From Acidobacteriota bacterium (GTDB lineage: Bacteria > Acidobacteriota > Terriglobia > Versatilivoradales > Versatilivoraceae), in NCBI GenBank assembly GCA_009841055.1, contig VXMN01000345.1, positions 3,051-27,050 on the forward strand: a DNA stretch of 24,000 nt. Reading direction: 5' to 3'. The translations under genes were made by a program, and so were the position numbers. How positions within the stretch are numbered: the stretch's first letter is position 1; every line of letters begins with the position of its first letter. Under the pieces are notes generated by a model. That model did not search any database. It saw nothing but the letters and a program-made list of their open reading frames with translations, and was not told the DNA's origin. Shown here one piece after another: positions 6,999-15,534 of the stretch.

Positions 6999-8657
6999 TC
7001 AGCGCCGGTAAGTGACCTCCAGTTCCAGCGCTGCCAGCGTCAGCGCTGACGGCGCCGCCGCCGCCAGCTTCACCTTGACCACGTTGTTTCCCCGCCTCAT
7101 CGCCTGCTCCGGGACGGGGCCGATCAACCAGTCAGGCTGACGCCTGGTCAGGCGCAACCGTTCTCCATTGAGGTGCACCGAAACGGTATCCCTTTTTCGC
7201 GGGCCGGCCAGCTTCAGTCGGAACTCGAGGGAGTGGAGACGGTCTCCGGCACCGGCCAGTTCATCCGCCACCGGCAGCAGGCGCTGCACCGAGTCGCCGG
7301 GAGCGACCTGAACCGGCAGACGCCCCCCTACCGGCACCGAGCCCATCATGAAGCCCCCCTGCAGACTCCCCACGTTTTCGACGACATAGAGCTTGTTGGT
7401 GAGCGCCAGCCTGTCGGGGCTCCCGATTTCCTTCCACACCCGGCGCGCCATCCTGGTGGCTCTGCTTTCGGGGTGTCGCGGGAACAGGTTGAAGGTCATG
7501 ATCCCCTTGGCCCCCGCCAGCCAGGCATTGGCCGCAGCCGCCCTCCAGACCTTGAGAGCCACTTCTTCATCGGCATCCGGAAGGGTCCGACCCCACTGGT
7601 CCGCGTCGGTCGAGTAGAAGCGTTGGCCACCGAGGGCGTGCTCGAATCCGGAGGAGCTCAAGCAGACATAGACCGGAACTCCCCACTGGTTCCCCCGGTC
7701 GATCATGTCCTTGGCGGGCATGGTGAAGGGGTCGTACCCGCCTCCCACCACGATCAGATCCAGGAAGCCTCGCCGCGCCCACTGCTCGACGTCGAAACCG
7801 AAATGCAAATTCTGTGACAGCGTGGGTAGAACCCGAACGCTCATCAAAATGGGCCTTCCCTTTCGCCGGCTGGCGGCCAGCACTTCCGCGCGGATCCGGC
7901 CGACCATCCCGGTCATCATCTCGAGGTGCGGCCGGGTGACCGGCTTGAAGAGGCGAGTCTCCGGAAAGAAGGCCGGATGGCGCAGAAAGTCCAGGTCGAC
8001 GCCATCCACGTCGTACGCTGCCAGCACCTCTTTGAAAGTCTCCACCATGAGGTCGCGAACCTCGGGATGGGCGTAGTCGACGAAAGTCCAGATGTTGCGC
8101 GGATCGGAAGGGGGAAAGCGCTCCTTGTCTTCCGGCCTGCCCATTAGAAGGTGACGGTGATCTCTCTTCCATTGAGCGATCTCGGACTCGGGTTTGGCGT
8201 TGTCGTGGATGTCGTTCATCCGCATCGACCAGAAGACTTCCATTCCCTGCTCGCGGGAGGCCTCGATCACCAGGCGGAGATCGTCGGCGCCCTGTCTGGC
8301 CAGATCCCGCAGCCGGCCGGCCAGGGGTTCCCTTGTGACCGCTCCCGTGTAGAGCGGACTGATGGGCCTGCGGGAAAAATAAAAGACACTGTCCACCATG
8401 GTGCCGGCCGCGTGATCCGTCCGCACCGCCAGGAACTTCTCGGCGGTCGCCGGGCCGTCCAGATGCAACAGGTCGTCCCCGTCGTTGTTGAAGATGACCC
8501 GACGCTGGCGCTCCACCGCCGCCTTGCGGGCGGACTCGAGGGAATCGGTCGGCTGCGGCCTGGGCTGGCAGGCAAACATCCCTGCCCACAGCAGGAGAGC
8601 CGACAGAAACAGGGTCACCCGTGAAGTGAGATTTTCGGTTGAAAAAAGGCTCGCCAC
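6999..8657 (-). CDS. Secreted or lipoprotein-like hypothetical protein; putative glycoside-hydrolase-like TIM barrel (GHL10/DUF187-like) with a C-terminal beta-sandwich-like tail
   Basis: Hydrophobic signal 'RVTLFLSALLLWAGMFAC|QPRPQ' (lipobox-like). 'VIFNNDGDD' and 'YDVDGVDLDFLRHPAFF' resemble the 'DG(I/V)xLDYxRYP' motif I associate with GHL10/DUF187 proteins. Start uncertain: GTG at 8657 is preceded by AAGGA 7 nt upstream, while the TTG at 8717 (track) has no RBS. Confidence 0.75.
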   Translation of the reverse strand: MASLFSTENLTSRVTLFLSALLLWAGMFACQPRPQPTDSLESARKAAVERQRRVIFNNDGDDLLHLDGPATAEKFLAVRTDHAAGTMVDSVFYFSRRPISPLYTGAVTREPLAGRLRDLARQGADDLRLVIEASREQGMEVFWSMRMNDIHDNAKPESEIAQWKRDHRHLLMGRPEDKERFPPSDPRNIWTFVDYAHPEVRDLMVETFKEVLAAYDVDGVDLDFLRHPAFFPETRLFKPVTRPHLEMMTGMVGRIRAEVLAASRRKGRPILMSVRVLPTLSQNLHFGFDVEQWARRGFLDLIVVGGGYDPFTMPAKDMIDRGNQWGVPVYVCLSSSGFEHALGGQRFYSTDADQWGRTLPDADEEVALKVWRAAAANAWLAGAKGIMTFNLFPRHPESRATRMARRVWKEIGSPDRLALTNKLYVVENVGSLQGGFMMGSVPVGGRLPVQVAPGDSVQRLLPVADELAGAGDRLHSLEFRLKLAGPRKRDTVSVHLNGERLRLTRRQPDWLIGPVPEQAMRRGNNVVKVKLAAAAPSALTLAALELEVTYRR

Positions 8658-8910
8658 AACCGGTTCCTTGCGACTGGATTCAAGCCCAAGCCTTGCACAA
8701 AGGAGGCATGAACTCAATGGTTTCAGGTAATATCAACAAGACGGCAGGCAAAGCCGTCGACATTCCTGACGAGTGAGCAGGCTCGCCCAGCCGAGGACAC
8801 TTCGGCCTTTGAGCAGGACGCAGCCCCAGGCTGCCGGTAGTATGCTCTGAGGCCCTCTCCCCAAGTCCATCCCCCGGACAGCCAGTCCCTGTTCATCGCG
8901 ACACAACACC

Positions 8911-10509
8911 ATGAAAGCCAAGGCATGGTTGGCCGGCGCCCTGGCGGTGCCGTTGCTGGTTATTTGGTTTCACCACGTCCGGAACCCACCCCCCGGGAAT
9001 CCGGTTCAGGCGCCGGCCCGTGGCGGAGTCTTGCGAATCATGACTCAGGCGGTGGATTCGCTGGACCCGATACACTCCCGCAACTACTGGGAATCCGGCA
9101 TTGTCCTGCAACTGTTCGACGGTCTGGTGCGGTTGGATGAGCACCTGGCCATTGCGCCCGCAATTGCCAGGGACTGGCGAATCTCCTTCGACGGCACGAC
9201 CTACACCTTCCGCCTGCGCCGGGACGTCCGTTTCCACAATGGACGGCCGGTCACCGCCCGGGACTTCGTCTACTCCCTCACCCGGCTGGTCGATCCCCGC
9301 TGGAAGGCGGTGGACTCGGAATATTACGCCAGGATAGGGGGAGCGGCCGCTTTCCGCTCGGGGAGGTCTGACCACGTCAGCGGATTCAGGGCCCTGGACT
9401 CCCACACCCTGCAAATCACCCTGGAGCAGCCCTATGCTCCCTTTCTGCAGGTCCTGGCGCTTTCATCGGCCTCGGTGGTTCCCAGAGAAGCAGTGGAGTC
9501 CCGGGAGCGCCCCTTCGACCGATCGCCGGTGGGCACGGGAGCCTTTCGCCTGATGAGACCGGGGTCCGGACACGAAATACATCTGGAAAGTCATCCACGC
9601 CATTTTTTGGGAAGACCGTATCTGGACGAACTGCGGATTCGAACCGTCGCCGCGCTCACCGACCGCGAAAGCTTCCGGGAATTTGCCCGAGGACGCCTGG
9701 ACCTGTCCTTTATTCCCACCGACCGGATCCCTCAGGCTTCGGCCAGGCCCGACTGGGAGGTCCGCACTTTCCCCGTCTTGCGACTGCTCTATCTGGGCAT
9801 GAACGTGAAGGCTCCCGGCGCCAACCGACGGTTGCTGAGAAAAGCCGTCTGTCTGGCCATCGACCCGGCAGCAGTCTACGGCGGCTTGAGCGACTTCGAG
9901 CCCACCGATCGGCTGATTCCCTTCTCGCTGTTGGGGTCGCAAAGGATAACAGTCCGTATGCGGAACCTGGAGGCAGCCAGGGCGATTCTGAGACAACTGG
10001 AGCAGCGCCAGGGACCGCTGCCCCGGCTGAGCCTCTGGACTTCCGCCCGGCTGCCGGCGGCCCGCCGCAGGGTGGAACACCTCCTGGAGGGCCCCCGCTC
10101 CATCGGACTGAAGATCGATGTCCGGAGGGTGAATTCCATGCGGGAACTCCTCGACCGAATCTACGCGGGCCGAGCCCCGATGTTCCTGCTTGGGGAGGTA
10201 ATCGATTTCCCCGACCCCGATGCCCTGTTGAGCCGCTTGTTCCATTCTCGCAGCAACGGGAACCCCTTTGGGTACGCCAATCCCGAGGTGGACCGGTTGC
10301 TGCGCCGGGCCAGGGGCACGCTGGACGAGACACGGCGGGCCCGACTCTACCGGCGGATCGAAGAGCAGATCCAGAGTGACCACGTGGTTGCGCCTCTGGC
10401 GCTGGTCCGGTATTCGCTGGTGCACCGGAGACAGGTTCGGGGGCTGGAAATCAATTCCCTGGGATTCCAGCACTTCCACTTCCGCAAGGTGTGGCTGGCT
10501 CCCGAATGA
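8911..10509 (+). CDS. ABC-transporter family-5 solute-binding protein (peptide/nickel/opine type, DppA/OppA-like), N-terminally anchored
   Basis: N-terminal hydrophobic anchor 'AWLAGALAVPLLVIWF'. 'LRIMTQAVDSLDPIHSRNYWESGIVLQLFDGLVRLDEHLAIAPAIARDWRISFDGTTYTFRLRRDVRFHNGRPVTARDFVYSL' is the classic SBP_bac_5 N-lobe pattern. No permease or ATPase genes are nearby. Confidence 0.85.
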   Translation: MKAKAWLAGALAVPLLVIWFHHVRNPPPGNPVQAPARGGVLRIMTQAVDSLDPIHSRNYWESGIVLQLFDGLVRLDEHLAIAPAIARDWRISFDGTTYTFRLRRDVRFHNGRPVTARDFVYSLTRLVDPRWKAVDSEYYARIGGAAAFRSGRSDHVSGFRALDSHTLQITLEQPYAPFLQVLALSSASVVPREAVESRERPFDRSPVGTGAFRLMRPGSGHEIHLESHPRHFLGRPYLDELRIRTVAALTDRESFREFARGRLDLSFIPTDRIPQASARPDWEVRTFPVLRLLYLGMNVKAPGANRRLLRKAVCLAIDPAAVYGGLSDFEPTDRLIPFSLLGSQRITVRMRNLEAARAILRQLEQRQGPLPRLSLWTSARLPAARRRVEHLLEGPRSIGLKIDVRRVNSMRELLDRIYAGRAPMFLLGEVIDFPDPDALLSRLFHSRSNGNPFGYANPEVDRLLRRARGTLDETRRARLYRRIEEQIQSDHVVAPLALVRYSLVHRRQVRGLEINSLGFQHFHFRKVWLAPE

Positions 10510-10514
10510 CGGGA

Positions 10515-12233
10515 TCAGAGGGCCTCCAGTTCCGCTTCCACTCTCTCCATCAGGGGTTTCATGGTGGCGGGTCCGAAGTCGAAGGTAGCTCCCGCCCGGC
10601 GGAAGAGTTCGGGCAGCGGGCGGCTTCCGCCCAACTGCAGCGCCGACCAGTAGTCGTCGACGGCTCCCCTGAAGTCCCTCTTGGAGTTCAACCACACCTG
10701 CAAGGCTCCCAGTTGCGCGATGGCGTATTCGATGTAGTAGAAGGGCAGCTCGAAAATATGGAGTTGGCGGTGCCAGCCGCAGCGCAGGGCTTCCTCGAAT
10801 CCCGACCAGTCTTCGATACCTCCGAAGCGTTCATTCAATGCCACCCAATGATCTCGCCGTTGAGCCGGGTTGTGTCCGGGATGGGTGTAAATCCAGTGTT
10901 GGAACGCGTCCACCCGGGCAATCCAGGCAAGAATCTCCACGATCCCCTCCAAGTGGTTTCGGCGTGAGCGCTTCAGGTCTTCTTCCCGGCCGTAGAACAC
11001 TTCCAGATGCTCTCCGCCCAGCAGCTCCATGCTCATGGAGGCCACTTCGCAGAATTCAATCGGCCCGTGGCGGTAGTGGTCGAGAGGCTCCTCCTGGGTC
11101 GCGAACACGTGAAAGGCGTGCCCCGCCTCGTGCAGCAGCGTCCGGACGTCGCCATCCACCCCCACCGCATTCATGAAGATGAAGGGCAGGCGGGCTTCAT
11201 CCAGGGTGGACTGATAGCCTCCGGGGGCCTTGCCCTTGCGGCTGTCCAGGTTGAGCAGTCCGTGGCTGCGCATGGTGTCCAGGAATCGGGCAAATCGGGC
11301 GTCCACCCGGCGGGCGATATCCACGCAGCCACTCGTCAATTCTCCTGTATGGGCGAAGGGCCGAAGCGGCGGCCGCCCCAGGGGATCGACGCTCAAGTCC
11401 CAGGGTCGCAGAGACTCCAAACCCATCTCCCTGACTCTCAACCGCTGCAGCTTGCGGGCCAGCGGCACGACCACCGATTCAACTCCCTCATGAAACCGAT
11501 AGCAGTCCTCGGGGCCGTAGTCGAATCGCTCCAGCCGTCGGAACATGTAGTCCCGATAGGAATCGAAACCCGCGTTGGCGGCAATTGCCGCGCGGATTCC
11601 CAGCAGCTCTTCAAAAAGCTCCTCCAGACGGTCCCGCTCATTCAGACGGCGTTCGACAACCGCCCTCCAGGCCGCTTCCCGCCGGCTCCGCTCCGGATAC
11701 TCCAGGTAGCGCTTCATCTGCTGCAGGGTCTGCTCCGTGCCTTCGAAGGACACCGTCAGGGATCCGATCAGCTTCTGGTAGCGCTGGGTTCCCTTGGACT
11801 CCCGGGTCTCCAGGGCGATATTGGCTTCGCGGAACAGATCCACGTCATTTTGCAGTCGGCGGTCAAGCACGGAATAACGCCGGGATGAAAGCTGTTTCCT
11901 CGCCGCGGAGCCCAGGAAACAGCGCTTGAGGCGATCCTCGGCAGCCTTGAGATTTTCCGCGATCTCCTCCAGATAGTGAAAATAGGCCTTTTCGATCTCC
12001 GGGTTCTCGGTGTCGCAGGTCATCCGGATGTAGCGCAGCGAGCCCTCTTCCCCCACGGCGTCGCTCAGCTCGCTCCAGTCCAGCAGCCACTGCTCCAGCC
12101 GTTCCACGGAATCCAACTCCCGCTCTTCCAGGGCCCGGAAGTAGGGCTCCAGGCGGCTCCATCGCTCATAGTCGAGGGATTCAGGGAGGTAGCGGCGCCG
12201 GAAGCGGTGCGGCAGTTGAGTCAGGAGATCCAT
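10515..12233 (-). CDS. M3-family oligoendopeptidase (PepF-like)
   Basis: Zinc motif 'LLHEAGHAFH' with a downstream 'EVASMSMELL' glutamate. Length is about 572 aa from the ATG at 12233 (MDLLTQLPHRFRRRY...). The track start at 12338 adds 35 residues of non-protein-like sequence. Confidence 0.85.
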   Translation of the reverse strand: MDLLTQLPHRFRRRYLPESLDYERWSRLEPYFRALEERELDSVERLEQWLLDWSELSDAVGEEGSLRYIRMTCDTENPEIEKAYFHYLEEIAENLKAAEDRLKRCFLGSAARKQLSSRRYSVLDRRLQNDVDLFREANIALETRESKGTQRYQKLIGSLTVSFEGTEQTLQQMKRYLEYPERSRREAAWRAVVERRLNERDRLEELFEELLGIRAAIAANAGFDSYRDYMFRRLERFDYGPEDCYRFHEGVESVVVPLARKLQRLRVREMGLESLRPWDLSVDPLGRPPLRPFAHTGELTSGCVDIARRVDARFARFLDTMRSHGLLNLDSRKGKAPGGYQSTLDEARLPFIFMNAVGVDGDVRTLLHEAGHAFHVFATQEEPLDHYRHGPIEFCEVASMSMELLGGEHLEVFYGREEDLKRSRRNHLEGIVEILAWIARVDAFQHWIYTHPGHNPAQRRDHWVALNERFGGIEDWSGFEEALRCGWHRQLHIFELPFYYIEYAIAQLGALQVWLNSKRDFRGAVDDYWSALQLGGSRPLPELFRRAGATFDFGPATMKPLMERVEAELEAL

Positions 12234-12449
12234 GCTGGGCCCCGTTCTGGTGGAAACTGTCGTCGCGGTCCATCTCAAACCGCCCAAGGTTAACCGCAAA
12301 AACCGGTCAAGTACAGAGCGATGGTTACTGTTAATCATTTATTCAGATGTACCCGGTTTGTACCGAAGCCGAGCTGCCAATCCGCATTTCGTGGTATCGT
12401 CACAGAACCGGATGCCCACCCGCCGGTTTCAGGAGAGTCGAGGGTCAGG

Positions 12450-12899
12450 ATGCGCATCGCCATGGGTTCCGACCACGCCGGATTCGGTCTCAAGGAACAG
12501 ATTAAACAGTTTGTGCGGGAACAGGGCCATGAGGTGCAGGACTGCGGCACCCATGATGACGCTGCGGTGGACTATCCCGACTACGCCGAAAGAGTCGGCG
12601 TGGTCTTGAGGGAGGCGGAGGCGGACCGCGGGATCGTCATCTGCGGCAGCGGCGTCGGCGCCTCGGTGGCCGCCAACAAGCTCCCCGGCATTCGTGCCGG
12701 GGTCTGCCACGACACCTATTCGGCCCACCAGGGAGTCGAGCACGACGACATGAACGTGCTGGTTCTGGGGGCTCGCATCGTGGGCATCGAGCTGGCCCGA
12801 GAAGTGGTCCTGGCTTACCTGGGAGCGAGTTTTACGGGAGAAGAGCGCCACCGCCGGCGCCTGGGAAAAGTCGAGGCGCTGGAAACCCGCTACCGCTGA
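12450..12899 (+). CDS. rpiB: Ribose-5-phosphate isomerase B (RpiB/LacAB family)
   Basis: ATG at 12450 gives '[18 protein letters not shown]'. '[23 protein letters not shown]', '[15 protein letters not shown]', '[11 protein letters not shown]'. AGGAGAG lies 12 nt upstream. Confidence 0.9.
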   Translation: MRIAMGSDHAGFGLKEQIKQFVREQGHEVQDCGTHDDAAVDYPDYAERVGVVLREAEADRGIVICGSGVGASVAANKLPGIRAGVCHDTYSAHQGVEHDDMNVLVLGARIVGIELAREVVLAYLGASFTGEERHRRRLGKVEALETRYR

Positions 12900-12940
12900 A
12901 GAAGTGCCCCCGTGTCTCCCAAGACAGCGTCACTCCTGGA

Positions 12941-14668
12941 ATGCGTGCCTCCCCGTTGAATTTCCAAACCCATTCCCTGAACCCGAAGCTCACCCAGGCC
13001 GTCTCGGCGGCGCTTGAGAATTGGGACAGGGAGGACAAAACCGCTCGTCTGTGGTCCGGAGACGCCTCACTCTGGACGGGCTCCGATGAAAGCCGCTGGC
13101 TGGGCTGGCTGTCGCTGACGGAGGACCCCGGCCCCGGTCCGGACCTGGAGCAGCTTGTTCAGGATATTCGCCGGGAGGGACTGTCCCATCTGCTGCTGCT
13201 GGGAATGGGGGGCTCCAGCCTCTTTCCTGAAGTTCTGGCCGCAACCTTCGGCAGGCAGCAGGGATACCCGGAACTCCACGTCCTGGACTCCACCGACCCC
13301 GCACAAATCCTGCGTTTCGAATCCCGAATCGACCTGCCACGAACCCTGTTTGTCGTTTCCAGCAAGTCCGGCGGCACCCTGGAACCCAACATTCTGAAAC
13401 AGTATTTCTTCGAGCAGGTGCAACAAGTCCTGGGTGAATCCGAAGCCGGAAGGCGGTTTGTCGCCATCACCGACCCCGGTTCCAGGCTGCAGGAAATGGC
13501 CGAAAGGGAGGGATTTCGATCCATCTTTCCCGGGAAGCCGGACGTCGGAGGCCGCTACTCGGCGCTGTCGAATTTCGGCAGAGTGCCGGCGGCCCTGATG
13601 GGACTGAATGTGGCCGAATTCATCCATCGAGCCGGCTTCATGGTTCAAGGGTGCAAACCTCAGACGCCCGCTCACCGCAATCCCGGTGTAGCCCTGGGTG
13701 TCATTCTGGGCACCCTGACCAAGGCAGGCAGAGACAAGCTCACCCTGATCACCTCACCGGAACTCTCCGCATTCGGCGCCTGGCTGGAGCAGTTGCTGGC
13801 CGAGTCGACCGGTAAGGATGGGAAGAGCATCATTCCCGTCGAAGGAGAGTCAGTGGGGCCTCCCGGAGTCTATGGGGAGGACCGGATCTTCCTTCACCTT
13901 CGGTTGGACTCCAGCCGGGAGCGAGAACAGGAGCGGGCGGTCGAAGACCTGAAGCAGAGCGGACATCCCGTCATGCAGATCTCGATGGCCGACCGCTACG
14001 ACCTCGGTCAGGAGGTTTTCCGATGGGAGATGGCGACGGCAGTGGCCGGGTCGCTCCTGGAAATCAATCCCTTCAATCAGCCCGACGTCGAGGCCAGCAA
14101 GACGGCGACCAGGGACTTGACCGGGCGCTACGAGCGGGAGGGCTCCTTCCCGCGGGAGACCGCCTTTTTCAGCCAGGGCGGGATTTCTCTGCTTGCCGAT
14201 GAGGAGAACCGCAGCTTGCTGTCCAGGGTCGCGGGAACCGAACCCACAGCGACATCCATTCTCAAGGCGCACCTGGAGCGGCTCTCCCCCGGAGACTACT
14301 TCGCAATTCTGGCCTATCTCGAGATGAGCCCGCTTCACCGGAGGCTGCTTCAGAGGTTGAGGCGCCAGGTTCGGGACCGGTTTGGGGTAGCCACCTGTCT
14401 GGGTTTCGGTCCCCGCTTTCTGCACTCGACCGGTCAAGCCTTCAAGGGCGGGCCCAACAGCGGTGTTTTTCTGCAGGTCACCGGAGGGGACCCGCCGGAT
14501 TTGCCGGTGCCCGGACGGAAATACTCCTTTGGAGCCGTCAAGGCCGCCCAGGCCAGGGGGGATTTTCAGGTGCTCAGCCAACGAGGCCGCAGAGCCTTGA
14601 GGGTCCACTTGAGCGCCCCGCTGGAGAACAGCTTGAGGCAGCTCAACCGGGCTGTGGAGGTTCTGTAG
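12941..14668 (+). CDS. pgi: Glucose-6-phosphate isomerase (resembles the PGI half of bifunctional transaldolase/PGI enzymes, here stand-alone)
   Basis: SIS/PGI motifs 'LLLLGMGGSSLFPEV', 'LFVVSSKSGGTLEPN', 'DVGGRYSALSNFG', 'NQPDVEASK'. 575 aa. No clear RBS at the ATG, so the start is moderately uncertain. Confidence 0.8.
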   Translation: MRASPLNFQTHSLNPKLTQAVSAALENWDREDKTARLWSGDASLWTGSDESRWLGWLSLTEDPGPGPDLEQLVQDIRREGLSHLLLLGMGGSSLFPEVLAATFGRQQGYPELHVLDSTDPAQILRFESRIDLPRTLFVVSSKSGGTLEPNILKQYFFEQVQQVLGESEAGRRFVAITDPGSRLQEMAEREGFRSIFPGKPDVGGRYSALSNFGRVPAALMGLNVAEFIHRAGFMVQGCKPQTPAHRNPGVALGVILGTLTKAGRDKLTLITSPELSAFGAWLEQLLAESTGKDGKSIIPVEGESVGPPGVYGEDRIFLHLRLDSSREREQERAVEDLKQSGHPVMQISMADRYDLGQEVFRWEMATAVAGSLLEINPFNQPDVEASKTATRDLTGRYEREGSFPRETAFFSQGGISLLADEENRSLLSRVAGTEPTATSILKAHLERLSPGDYFAILAYLEMSPLHRRLLQRLRRQVRDRFGVATCLGFGPRFLHSTGQAFKGGPNSGVFLQVTGGDPPDLPVPGRKYSFGAVKAAQARGDFQVLSQRGRRALRVHLSAPLENSLRQLNRAVEVL

Positions 14669-14834
14669 ATAGTCTGTTTAACGGGACCTGATTTAATTGC
14701 CGACAGGACATGAAGGTTCGATGTTTCATTCTCGTATGATCCTCCCACCAGGGCGGGGGCGGCCAGGCTCGCCCGCGGCTATGGGTTGATTTCCGCGTTA
14801 CTGGAGGGCAAGCTATTCACTGAGGTTCGTTTCC

Positions 14835-15497
14835 ATGTGCGCGAAGCCGCTGCGATTGGCCGTCTTCCTGCGGGGAACAGCGTTGGTGCTGTTCCTTGCG
14901 CTTTTCGGAGGTGTCGGTCGGGTCGGCGGGCAAACCTACTCCCGGGTTCCCGCCAAAAGCTCGGAATTGTGTACGGTCTGCGGGGCGGAACTGACTTCCG
15001 ACGATGTGACCTTGATCGTGCGCGGGCGCCGGACTCCCCTATGCCGAGCTCACGTCGAGACCTTCCTGAACGATCTGGAACGCAGCTTCTACAGCAAACA
15101 GCCTAGGGGCGCCCTGTTTCAAGAGGATATGGCGGCACCGCCGGGCACGGCCCAGGGGGGAATCAGTCAGGGCTGGTTTTTCTTCGGTCTGCTGGTGCTG
15201 TCCGGCCTGATATTCGGAGGCTTGAGCGGCTACCGCGCCCTGTCGATGGGCCTGCCCCCGTTGGCGCCCTTTTTTATCGGCTTCTTCTTGAACCTGCCGG
15301 GTTTTCTCTACGTCATCTCCCGCCGAGCCGGTCAGGATCAGGGCCAGGTGCCCAAGGGGCTGGTCAAGGTTCCAGAGACCCTGGCTCCTGCTGCCTGCCC
15401 CGCTTGCGGGGAGGTCAACCACCCCACCGCCCGGAAGTGCCTGGGATGCGGGGAAGAACTGCACCCCTCGCAACAGTCCGAGGTAGCGCGAGCCTGA
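14835..15497 (+). CDS. Hypothetical membrane protein with an N-terminal CxxC...C..H segment and a C-terminal zinc ribbon
   Basis: Signal/anchor 'LAVFLRGTALVLFLALFGGVG'. 'CTVCGAEL...TPLCRAH'. Two predicted TM helices (GWFFFGLLVLSGLIFGGLSGY and LAPFFIGFFLNLPGFLYVI). C-terminal 'CPACGEVNHPTARKCLGCGEEL' (CxxC-N10-CxxC). GAGGT RBS 8 nt upstream of the ATG. Confidence 0.7.
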   Translation: MCAKPLRLAVFLRGTALVLFLALFGGVGRVGGQTYSRVPAKSSELCTVCGAELTSDDVTLIVRGRRTPLCRAHVETFLNDLERSFYSKQPRGALFQEDMAAPPGTAQGGISQGWFFFGLLVLSGLIFGGLSGYRALSMGLPPLAPFFIGFFLNLPGFLYVISRRAGQDQGQVPKGLVKVPETLAPAACPACGEVNHPTARKCLGCGEELHPSQQSEVARA

Positions 15498-15534
15498 TCA
15501 GAAGGAAGCACGAGTCTTGAGGAGATTTGCTCCA

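Noticed and set aside
8718-8910. Divergent intergenic region with a GACGGC-N7-GCCGTC hairpin (8741-8759) and a TAGTAT -10-like hexamer. It also contains the small ORFs 8723-8926(-) and 8733-8921(-).
   Set aside because: No -35 element lies at acceptable spacing, and the hairpin lacks terminator features. The small ORFs have no RBS or motifs and overlap the promoter region.
12234-12449. Divergent pepF/rpiB intergenic region with the palindrome GGTTAACC (12288-12295) and an A/T-rich stretch (about 12325-12350), considered as a possible operator or promoter.
   Set aside because: The palindrome is short enough to occur by chance. I could not assign convincing -35/-10 pairs or match a known regulator site.
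12941-14668. Whether pgi is a truncated bifunctional transaldolase/PGI gene (a pseudogene).
   Set aside because: The ORF is intact with a plausible N-terminus. The 41 nt upstream, back to rpiB, leave no room for a degraded transaldolase domain, so it appears to be a genuine stand-alone PGI.
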